Positions 25,100-32,000 of a stretch of DNA of 32,000 nucleotides are shown here, piece by piece (within the stretch, counting starts at the first letter, position 1; the number at the start of each line of letters is the position of its first letter). A program made the translations under genes and the position numbers. The notes beneath the pieces were generated by a model, which ran no database searches, had not been told where the DNA came from, and worked only from the letters and a program-made list of their open reading frames with translations. The DNA is from Candidatus Electronema halotolerans (GTDB lineage: Bacteria; Desulfobacterota; Desulfobulbia; Desulfobulbales; Desulfobulbaceae): positions 330,001 to 362,000 of the forward strand of contig OW818675.1 of the NCBI GenBank assembly GCA_942493095.1. Reading direction: 5' to 3'.

Positions 25100-26380
25100 T
25101 CAGCGCAGGGCAGGATTGAAATAGCCGAACTTGAGCTGGGGAAATTGCTCCTTCAGCAGCTCAAGCCAGCGGCGGATGCCCAAGGCGGGTTTGTCTGGCG
25201 CATGGCCAACCACCTTGAGATATTGCTCTGGGTCCATGTTCAGATTGCGGAGCTGAATCAGGTCTGGCGGGCAGGCTGCGATCAGCTCGCAGAGAGCCTC
25301 GTATTCGTCCGGGTCATCAGTGAAGCCGGGCAGGACAAAATAGTTGAAAGAGACATGGCGGCCATGCCCTTTCATCACTTCGATGCTCTGCCGCACTTCG
25401 GCAAAGGAAAAATTCTTGGGCCGGTAATAAAGGCGGTGCATGTCCGGGCGGGCTGAGTTCATCGAGACCCGGATCGAGTCCAGCCCGGCCTGTGCCAGCC
25501 GCTCAACCACATCTGGCAGGCTGGCGTTGCTGTTGAGATTGATCGTGCCCTTGTCTGTCTGCGCCCGCATCTGGCGGATCGAGGACTCCAAGGTTTGGCC
25601 TTGCAGCAGCGGCTCGCCCTCGCAGCCTTGGCCAAAGCTGACCACGGCCTTGGCTGCTGTCCGCAGATGCGGCACCGCGATTTCCAGCAATTCGCTGGCT
25701 GAAGGAACAAAGTGGATGCGATCCTGAGTGGAAGGACAGCATCCAGAAGGCTGCTGAGAAATGCAGCCTGCGCAGCCCGCGTTGCAACAGGGCGAAGTTG
25801 GCAGCGGGGCTTCCCAGCGGCCAAGAAAGTAGTTGCGGGCCGCCGGACAGGCGTAGGTCAGGCAGCACTTGCCCAGATGCTGAATGAGCCGGTTGTGGGG
25901 ATATTTTTTCAGCTTGGCAGCGGTCTCCTTGTCGATGCGCTGCTGATTGAAGCCCTTGGGGTCTTGGCGGATGTCGCGGTCGCTGCGGAAGGCGGCTGTC
26001 ACAAAACGGCCATCCTGCCAGCCTACCGCAGTGTAGGCGAACAGGGGCAGGAGCGGGGCATTTTCCTGAGTCTGATAGGCAGCCGTGTATATCGCGGTGT
26101 GCGCCGGAGCCATGAAGGCGGCGACAGCGGAGATGTTTGGATTGCCATTATACGGGTTCTCGGTCAACAGGGCAGGCTCGCCGCTGTCCAGCTCAATGCC
26201 GACCGGCAGCCTGCCTGGCAGGACAAACAGCTCGCTGCCCTCTGGCAGGGGAATCAGGTCTTCCGGCGCAGGCTGATGAAACGCGTCCGCGCTGCTGCCT
26301 GCCATTGCCAAGCCCTCATAATCAAGTATCTCGCCGTTCCGGTTGGCAAAGACCAACGAGGGCGGTCTGCGGCGGCCCAT
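25100..26380 (-). CDS. Radical SAM domain protein
   Basis: 426 aa; SPCCNAGCAGCISQQP (CxxxCxxC), VVSFGQGCEGEPLL, TINLNSNASLPDVVERLAQAGLDSIRVSMNSARPDMHRLYYRPKNF. Confidence 0.88.
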   Translation of the reverse strand: MGRRRPPSLVFANRNGEILDYEGLAMAGSSADAFHQPAPEDLIPLPEGSELFVLPGRLPVGIELDSGEPALLTENPYNGNPNISAVAAFMAPAHTAIYTAAYQTQENAPLLPLFAYTAVGWQDGRFVTAAFRSDRDIRQDPKGFNQQRIDKETAAKLKKYPHNRLIQHLGKCCLTYACPAARNYFLGRWEAPLPTSPCCNAGCAGCISQQPSGCCPSTQDRIHFVPSASELLEIAVPHLRTAAKAVVSFGQGCEGEPLLQGQTLESSIRQMRAQTDKGTINLNSNASLPDVVERLAQAGLDSIRVSMNSARPDMHRLYYRPKNFSFAEVRQSIEVMKGHGRHVSFNYFVLPGFTDDPDEYEALCELIAACPPDLIQLRNLNMDPEQYLKVVGHAPDKPALGIRRWLELLKEQFPQLKFGYFNPALR

Positions 26381-26820
26381 CAGTCAGCCTGCCGTCCCGC
26401 ACTGGGCCGAAGCTTGGAAAGCACTGCATCCACCGCATTATAGATGGCCGCATCATCGCCGAACACATCCTGAATCTTGGGATGATCAATCAAATCATCA
26501 ATGATGTAGGCAGTCAGATAAAGACTGAGAATGTTCGGATTGGGCACCAGACTGCGGATGTCGGCGATCTTGAGGCGGATTTCAAACTCCTCCATGTCCG
26601 CAGGCTCGCGCAGCTGCCGCTCAAAGCCTTCCTGCACCGCCTGTAGGTCATTGGTTTCAATGATATGCTCGTCAATGAGCCGCTGCACCACCCTGACAGC
26701 CAGCTCCGGGGCGTTGTCTCTGGCCTTGCTGAGGATGAAGCGGCGCTCGCGCTCCCGTTTGCGGTCGAGCGCGTCAATGGCTTTGTTGGTTGAGCCGCTG
26801 GGATTGATATGGCGGGCCAT
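26380..26820 (-). CDS. Hypothetical protein (146 aa), translationally coupled to the radical SAM gene
   Basis: Opens MARHINPSGSTNKAIDALDRKRERERRFILSKARDN; its stop codon overlaps the radical SAM start. Confidence 0.75.
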   Translation of the reverse strand: MARHINPSGSTNKAIDALDRKRERERRFILSKARDNAPELAVRVVQRLIDEHIIETNDLQAVQEGFERQLREPADMEEFEIRLKIADIRSLVPNPNILSLYLTAYIIDDLIDHPKIQDVFGDDAAIYNAVDAVLSKLRPSAGRQAD

Positions 26821-26856
26821 GCTGTTCTCCTGTCAATGTTGTTCCTGCGCCTCAGT

Positions 26857-29055
26857 TCAGTCGCAGGAGTCGCTTTTGTAGAGCTTGGCAAAGCCGAGGA
26901 CGCGGGCGGCAGTCTCCGGGTCAAGCTGCATGTCATATTTGCGGACGTATTCCGCCGCCATCCGATGGGTGTTGAAAATGGGCACATTGAGCCGCAGGTT
27001 GTTCACCGCAAACTGGAGATACTCATCCGGGCGGCTGTGGAACAGCTCCAGCACCTTGGGCAGCAGCCTGTAAAAAGACTGTGAATCCTCGACATAGAGC
27101 AAGGTTTCCGGGGCCTCGCTCAGGCTGTCCGCTTTGATCGGCCCTTCGTAGCCGAATTTCCAGCCGGTCTGGCCTTCATGATACCCTTCCACCCACCAGC
27201 CGTCCATCACGCTCAGATTGGGCACCCCGTTCATGGCCGCTTTCATGCCGCTGGTGCCGGAGGCCTCCAAGGGCCGCTTGGGGCTGTTGAGCCATGTATG
27301 CACCCCTGCCACCATGAGCCGGGCCAATTTCATGTCATAGCCGGGAATGAAAATCAGCCGGGCCAAGCCCTTGCTGCGCTGATACAGTTCCTCCTGATTG
27401 TCAAGGATCAGCTTGAGCACGGATTTGCCTGGCTCGTCCGCAGGATGGGCCTTGCCGGCAAAGAGGAAGTTGATCCGCCAACCGCCTTGCAGCAGAATGT
27501 CAGCCAAGGTGCCGAGATTATCAAAGATCAGGTCGGCCCGTTTGTAAGTGGAAAAACGGCGGGCAAAGCCGATGGTGAACACGCCCGGACTGAGGCGGCT
27601 GCCTTCTCCTGCCGGAAGATGGGAAAGATAGTTGGGCGGATCAATCCATGTTTCCTCCATTCTGGTCCGATGATCAGAGAGCATCTGGTTGACATAGCGG
27701 ATAAGCTGCCGGTTGTCTTCCTCCCAAGCAGCGCGGAACTGCTGGCGAAAAACCGGATCATCCCCGAACTGCGCTTCTCCGAAGATGCCTGGATCGTCGC
27801 GCCAGCCGTCCAGCTCGGCAGTTTCGTCAAAAACTTTAGTTCGCGCCTCGCTGATCCAAGTCAGATGATGCACCCCGTTGGTCACGGCCCGGATTTTATC
27901 GGCAAACTCTGGGAACTGCTTCCGGGTCACGTCCCGGTGCAGACGGCTGACGCTGTTCACAGCCCGGTTGACCCGCATGGCAAAGGCGGTGAAATTATAC
28001 TCATAAGGCGAGTCCGGGTCATTGGCCAAGAGATCAAGGATGCGGCTGTTGGTGCCATGACTGATACCGGTGTAGAGCGAGCGGGCAAAGCGGTCATGTC
28101 CGGCCTTGACCGGCGTGTGAATGGTATAGACAATGCGCTTGGCCGCTTCGTGCGCAGCCTCAAGAATGTCGTGGTCGCTCATCCGTTGCTGCCAGTCCGC
28201 GCCCAGCCGTTCCGCCAGCAGGCGAAGAATAATATGCAGGCTGACGGTCACGCCGTGCTGTTCATTGAGATGAATGGTTTTGGGCTGGAAGCCGAGCCGT
28301 TCAGTCAGCGGCAGGATGCCGGCTCCCAGCATGCGCCGCTGATTGGCCTTCATGACCGGAGACTTGGCGTTGTAGAGACGCAGCCCGGCCTCCCGCACCC
28401 AAGCAGGCGAAGAGGGAATGGAGTAGTCAAGAAGAAATTCCGGGATAAAATAATCCAGCTCCTCGCTGATCTCCATTTTCATCCAGACATGCGCTTTCGC
28501 TTCAATAGGATGATCGTATTCGTTAAAAAAGGGCACGGTCAGTTCCAAAGGCTGGCCGGGCTGGTCCGGGTCTTGGAGTTGAAACAAAGTCGGCGTGGCC
28601 TCTGGAGTCCAGCGCGTCGCTTGGTCGATCTGGCCGAGTCTGGAATCAACAAGCTGAGAAAAATACCCCTCCCGGTAGAGCAGGGAGACCGCGAAAACGG
28701 GAACATGCAAATCGGCAAAACTCTTGAGCGTGTCCCCGGCCAGCACACCCAGTCCGCCGCTGTAGTTGGGAATCTTGCGGGGGCCGTGCAGATACCGCTT
28801 CAGCAGCCTGAGCAGTTCCGGGGTTTCGCTCTTGGTCTCGGCCTGCTCCTTGAGAAAGTCCAGCACTGGATGAAAAAGATCAGGATCCGCGCCTATCTCC
28901 ATGGAGATGTACACAACCGCACCCTGTTTCGGGCTGCTGAGAGCCTGCCAGACCTGGTCGAAGACCGGCTGGGGCACCCCGAAAAATTTGCCGAAACGGC
29001 TTGTGCAGATCAGTTCCTCTGCGCTGTCAACGCTGACTGTTTTCTTAGGAATCAC
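26857..29055 (-). CDS. glgP: Alpha-glucan (glycogen/maltodextrin) phosphorylase
   Basis: 732 aa; VYISMEIGADPDLFHPVL, PNYSGGLGVLAGDTLKSFADLHVPVFAVSLLYREGYFSQ, GLARLIFIPGYDMKLARLMVAGVHTWLNSPKRPLEASGTSGMKAAMNGVPNLSVMDGWWVEGYHEGQTGWKFG. Confidence 0.93.
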   Translation of the reverse strand: MIPKKTVSVDSAEELICTSRFGKFFGVPQPVFDQVWQALSSPKQGAVVYISMEIGADPDLFHPVLDFLKEQAETKSETPELLRLLKRYLHGPRKIPNYSGGLGVLAGDTLKSFADLHVPVFAVSLLYREGYFSQLVDSRLGQIDQATRWTPEATPTLFQLQDPDQPGQPLELTVPFFNEYDHPIEAKAHVWMKMEISEELDYFIPEFLLDYSIPSSPAWVREAGLRLYNAKSPVMKANQRRMLGAGILPLTERLGFQPKTIHLNEQHGVTVSLHIILRLLAERLGADWQQRMSDHDILEAAHEAAKRIVYTIHTPVKAGHDRFARSLYTGISHGTNSRILDLLANDPDSPYEYNFTAFAMRVNRAVNSVSRLHRDVTRKQFPEFADKIRAVTNGVHHLTWISEARTKVFDETAELDGWRDDPGIFGEAQFGDDPVFRQQFRAAWEEDNRQLIRYVNQMLSDHRTRMEETWIDPPNYLSHLPAGEGSRLSPGVFTIGFARRFSTYKRADLIFDNLGTLADILLQGGWRINFLFAGKAHPADEPGKSVLKLILDNQEELYQRSKGLARLIFIPGYDMKLARLMVAGVHTWLNSPKRPLEASGTSGMKAAMNGVPNLSVMDGWWVEGYHEGQTGWKFGYEGPIKADSLSEAPETLLYVEDSQSFYRLLPKVLELFHSRPDEYLQFAVNNLRLNVPIFNTHRMAAEYVRKYDMQLDPETAARVLGFAKLYKSDSCD

Positions 29056-29206
29056 CTTTGTCCTCTTTTTCTGTTTGAAAGACCATCCGTTCTCTGCCGC
29101 AGGCCGCGCCTGTTCCTCATCTTTTTTAAAGTAGATGGGCGGCTCCGGTTTTGCAAGCGAATTTCTTTTTTAATAAAAAAATATTGAATTTCTACCCTGT
29201 TCTGGT

Positions 29207-29842
29207 ATGATGAATCAGCTTGGCACCGAAAAAACTCCCACCTGGACAACAATGAAGATGAGAATGAGCAAGACCTTGTTTCTGTGCATGATCATGGCGT
29301 TGGCCGCGCCTTTGGCCATGACCGGATGCAGCAAAAAAAAACCTGCCGCTGATCAGTCTGCCGCGTCTGGCACTGATCAGAACAGCAGCGCCGCAGCGGC
29401 GGAGGGCATGGGCGAGCCTGAGCCGCTGACCACCCCGGAAGGGCAAGGGTATGACTTTGCTGGCGGTCGGCCCGGCGGCGATGGCAGCATTTCGGAAGGC
29501 CGCACCTCCGGGCCAATGCTGCCAGTTTATTTTGCCTTTGACTCCTCCCATATTGAACAGGATCAGATCAGCAGGGTCGAGCATAATGCTGATTTCATCA
29601 AGGACAACAGCGGCATCCATGTGCGGATCGAAGGCAACTGCGACGAGCGCGGCAGCAGGGAGTACAACCTTGCCTTGGGCGAGCGGCGGGCGGAAGCAGC
29701 CAAAAGATATTTGCTCAACCTTGGTGTGGCTGCGGACCGGCTGAACACTGTGAGCTGGGGCGAGGAGAAACCGCTGGTCTATGGCCAGGACGAGCAGTCC
29801 TGGGCGCAGAACCGGCGGGATGATTTTGTTCTGACTGAGTAG
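29207..29842 (+). CDS. pal: Peptidoglycan-associated lipoprotein (OmpA-like C-terminus)
   Basis: Lipobox APLAMTGCSKK; LPVYFAFDSSHIEQDQISRVEHNADFIKDNSGIHVRIEGNCDERGSREYNLALGERRAEAAKRYLLNLGV. Confidence 0.93.
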   Translation: MMNQLGTEKTPTWTTMKMRMSKTLFLCMIMALAAPLAMTGCSKKKPAADQSAASGTDQNSSAAAAEGMGEPEPLTTPEGQGYDFAGGRPGGDGSISEGRTSGPMLPVYFAFDSSHIEQDQISRVEHNADFIKDNSGIHVRIEGNCDERGSREYNLALGERRAEAAKRYLLNLGVAADRLNTVSWGEEKPLVYGQDEQSWAQNRRDDFVLTE

Positions 29843-29854
29843 CAGCCGCTGTCC

Positions 29855-29894
29855 GGCAGGCCCTTTCCTGATGCGGAAGAGCCTGCCCTTTTTT
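29855..29894 (+). terminator. Rho-independent terminator after pal
   Basis: GGCAGGC...GCCTGCC followed by CTTTTTTTC. Confidence 0.8.
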
Positions 29895-29993
29895 TCTCTG
29901 TGCTGTTCCTTCCCGTTTTCATATTCAAAAAAGGGCCGTTGGCCTGCGTTATTTTTTCAAATCAAAAATCACCATAGAGAGGAGGTTGAGACT

Positions 29994-30521
29994 GTGAACA
30001 GAACTGTCCAGTCATGTTGGGCCGCTGCTGTCATGGCCCTGTTTTTCCTGCTGTCCAGCGCAGCAGCATCTGCTGCCGGAACCGAACTTGCTGTTCTCAG
30101 CATTCAGGATGTGCTGACCAAGTCCTCAGCAGGTCTGTCTGCCAAAAGCAAGATGGAAAGGCGGATGAAGGAGCTGCGCAATGGGCTTGAAAAGGATAAG
30201 AAAGAATTGCTCGCCCTTCAGGATGAGATGAAGAAAAAGGCCTCTGTCTGGAGCGAGGAGAAGAAGCAGGAGGAAGGACTTGAATTCCAAAAAAAGCGCA
30301 ATGCCCTGAGCGTGAAGCAGGACAATGCCAATTTGGAAATGCGCAATCTGGAAAAGCGCTATTTGAATCCGATCATGGAAAAGCTGGAAGGCATTGTCAA
30401 AGATGTGGCTGGCAAAAAAGGCTACACAGTGGTGCTGCCCAGCACCTCTGTGCTCTACTTCAGCAACCGCGTCGATATTACGGACGAAGTCATCAAAAGC
30501 CTCAACGCCAGGATGAAATAG
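29994..30521 (+). CDS. OmpH/Skp-like periplasmic chaperone
   Basis: GTG start with a GGAGG RBS; signal peptide AAAVMALFFLLSSAAASAAG; ELAVLSIQDVLTKSSAGLSAKSKMERRMKELRNGLEKDKKELLALQDEMKKKASVWSEE, KGYTVVLPSTSVLYFSNRVDITDEVIKSLN. Confidence 0.87.
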   Translation: MNRTVQSCWAAAVMALFFLLSSAAASAAGTELAVLSIQDVLTKSSAGLSAKSKMERRMKELRNGLEKDKKELLALQDEMKKKASVWSEEKKQEEGLEFQKKRNALSVKQDNANLEMRNLEKRYLNPIMEKLEGIVKDVAGKKGYTVVLPSTSVLYFSNRVDITDEVIKSLNARMK

Positions 30522-30531
30522 GGGCCGCAGG

Positions 30532-31359
30532 ATGAATCCCTACCAGTTCCTGCGGCACACGCCCGGCAGCAACTGCGGCGACTGCGGCTGGCCGACCTGT
30601 CTCGCCTTTGCCGCCGCAGTCACCAAGGCCGGAGTCCAAGCTGACCGCTGTCCGCATTTGCAGCGGGAGGGACTGCCGCCGGAACTGCTTGGCATGAACA
30701 GTGCTGCTGCTGCGGATGATGCGCTGGAGCGGGGCGAGGAGAAGCGGCACACTGCCTTGGCCGCCCATCTGCGAAGCAAGATGGAAGGACTGGATTTGTC
30801 CAGCTTGGCTCCTCACCTCGGCGCGGAGTGGTCAGCGGATGACCCTGATCTGCTGCACTTTTCCTTTCTCAACCGCCCGGTGCGGCTGGGTGCAGCGGGA
30901 GTTTTTTTGGACGGCGGCGAGCCTGCTGATCCCAGAGACCAAATTCTCTTGTACAATTACGTGGCCTTATGCAGCGCAGGTCAGGCGAGAAAGCCGGAAG
31001 GCATCTGGCTGGGCATGGAGAGTCTGCCCAATTCGATAGCCAAAATCCGCACCTTGGCCACGTACTGTGAAGAGCGGCTGGCGGAACGCTTCAGCGGTCG
31101 CCTCAGCAAGCTGACCGCGCTCTGCGCCGCCTTGGCCGCAAAGCCTGCTGCGGGCCAGAGCGCGGACGCAGCCTTCCTCATTCCCGTCCTGCCCTGTGTC
31201 CCTCTCCTGCTCCTGTTCTGGGAGGCAGAGCCGGAAGACGGGTTCGCGGCCAAGGTCAAAGTGCTTGTTGATCAGCACGTCCTTGATTTTCTCGATCTGG
31301 AATCCTTGGTCTTTGCTGCTGAACGCATGGCAGACCGGCTGCTGGAGCTGGATAGCTGA
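30532..31359 (+). CDS. Fe-S cluster domain protein (DUF3786-like)
   Basis: 275 aa; MNPYQFLRHTPGSNCGDCGWPTCLAFAAAVTKAGVQADRCPHL 4Fe-4S-type Cys pattern; C-terminal QILLYNYVALCSAG. Confidence 0.78.
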   Translation: MNPYQFLRHTPGSNCGDCGWPTCLAFAAAVTKAGVQADRCPHLQREGLPPELLGMNSAAAADDALERGEEKRHTALAAHLRSKMEGLDLSSLAPHLGAEWSADDPDLLHFSFLNRPVRLGAAGVFLDGGEPADPRDQILLYNYVALCSAGQARKPEGIWLGMESLPNSIAKIRTLATYCEERLAERFSGRLSKLTALCAALAAKPAAGQSADAAFLIPVLPCVPLLLLFWEAEPEDGFAAKVKVLVDQHVLDFLDLESLVFAAERMADRLLELDS

Positions 31360-32000
31360 TGCTGGGCACGGCAGTTGACCGCTTTGCTGCAGCCAATATC
31401 CTGGTCATCGGCGATGTGATTCTTGATCAGTTCATCTGGGGCACGGTGACGCGGATTTCCCCGGAAGCGCCAGTGCCGGTGGTCAATGTGACCAAAGAGG
31501 AGCTGCTTCTTGGCGGCAGTGCCAATGTGGTGCGGAACATCATTTCGCTCAGCGGCAGGGCAGCCCTGTGCGGCATTATCGGCGATGATGCGATGGGCGC
31601 GGAATTGCTCGCCCTGATGCAGGCCGCAGGCGCGTCTGCGGACGGCTTGATCAAAGGCCGCCGTCCGACCACGATCAAAACACGGGTCGTGGCCCAGAGC
31701 CAGCAGGTGGTGCGTTATGACCGGGAGCAAGTCGGCCCGCCCTCAGCGCAGACCTTGCAGCGGCTGCTGACTTATTTGGAACAGCATCTTGCTGACTTTG
31801 ACGCAGTCTTAGTTTCTGACTATGCCAAGGGCGTGATCTGCGCCCCGCTGATGCGGCTGCTGCATGACTTGCTGACCGAACTGCGCGGGCAAGGCCGATT
31901 TCTGCCCTTGATTGTTGATCCCAAGCCGGTCAATGCCGATAAGTTCATTGGCGCGACTGTGATCACCCCGAACAACTTTGAGGCGGCCAAACTCAGCGGG
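31359..32000 (+). CDS. D-glycero-beta-D-manno-heptose-7-phosphate kinase (RfaE1/HldE N-domain), 3' end off the window
   Basis: NILVIGDVILDQFIWGTVTRISPEAPVPVVNVTKEELLLGGSANVVRNI; VIVDPKPVNADKFIGATVITPNNFEAAKLSG. Confidence 0.92.
   Translation, partial: MLGTAVDRFAAANILVIGDVILDQFIWGTVTRISPEAPVPVVNVTKEELLLGGSANVVRNIISLSGRAALCGIIGDDAMGAELLALMQAAGASADGLIKGRRPTTIKTRVVAQSQQVVRYDREQVGPPSAQTLQRLLTYLEQHLADFDAVLVSDYAKGVICAPLMRLLHDLLTELRGQGRFLPLIVDPKPVNADKFIGATVITPNNFEAAKLSG

Noticed and set aside
25712-26443. 243-aa plus-strand ORF
   Set aside because: Antisense to the radical SAM gene.
27178-29187. Long plus-strand ORF of 669 aa
   Set aside because: It lies antisense to the well-supported glycogen phosphorylase gene; low-complexity shadow ORF caused by GC codon bias with no recognisable motif.
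1-32000. CRISPR array, tRNA or rRNA genes
   Set aside because: Reading through the intergenic gaps showed no regularly spaced repeats and no recognisable tRNA/rRNA sequence. A tRNAscan/Infernal run would be needed to be definitive.

Overview
This 32 kb window looks like a chromosome segment from a Gram-negative, probably Desulfobulbaceae-like/deltaproteobacterial bacterium (inference only). It is mostly housekeeping genes, with scattered mobile-element insertions and gene relics. Main content, left to right: partial oligopeptide ABC ATPase, Fur/PerR regulator, a decayed brnT/brnA toxin-antitoxin locus, ATP-pyrophosphatase (thiouridylase-like), cyclic-nucleotide-binding membrane protein, small exported protein, fabG-fabZ-fabI-DUF1232 cluster, APH-type phosphotransferase, homospermidine synthase, glcD-like oxidase, panD, cupin, vsr relic, lipocalin, DUF5661-like protein, complete IS1-family element with 8-bp target duplication inside a valS relic, SWIM-zinc-finger protein, rdgB, CAP/SCP secreted protein, CHAD protein, gyrB, NERD-domain protein, IS481 remnant plus IS1-end remnant, radical SAM - 146 aa protein - alpha-glucan phosphorylase operon, pal, skp-like, DUF3786-like Fe-S protein, and partial rfaE1/hldE. 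The strongest unusual signals are: (1) a compact 189-aa intein with complete splicing residues in the GyrB TOPRIM motif (GDSAGG/SAKQGRD), too short to hold a homing endonuclease; (2) a GEMM-I (cyclic dinucleotide) riboswitch-like leader behind a consensus sigma70 promoter, upstream of the secreted CAP/SCP gene; (3) several nested relics (brnTA, vsr, valS, IS481, IS1 end) readable only across frameshifts. I saw no CRISPR array, tRNA or rRNA.
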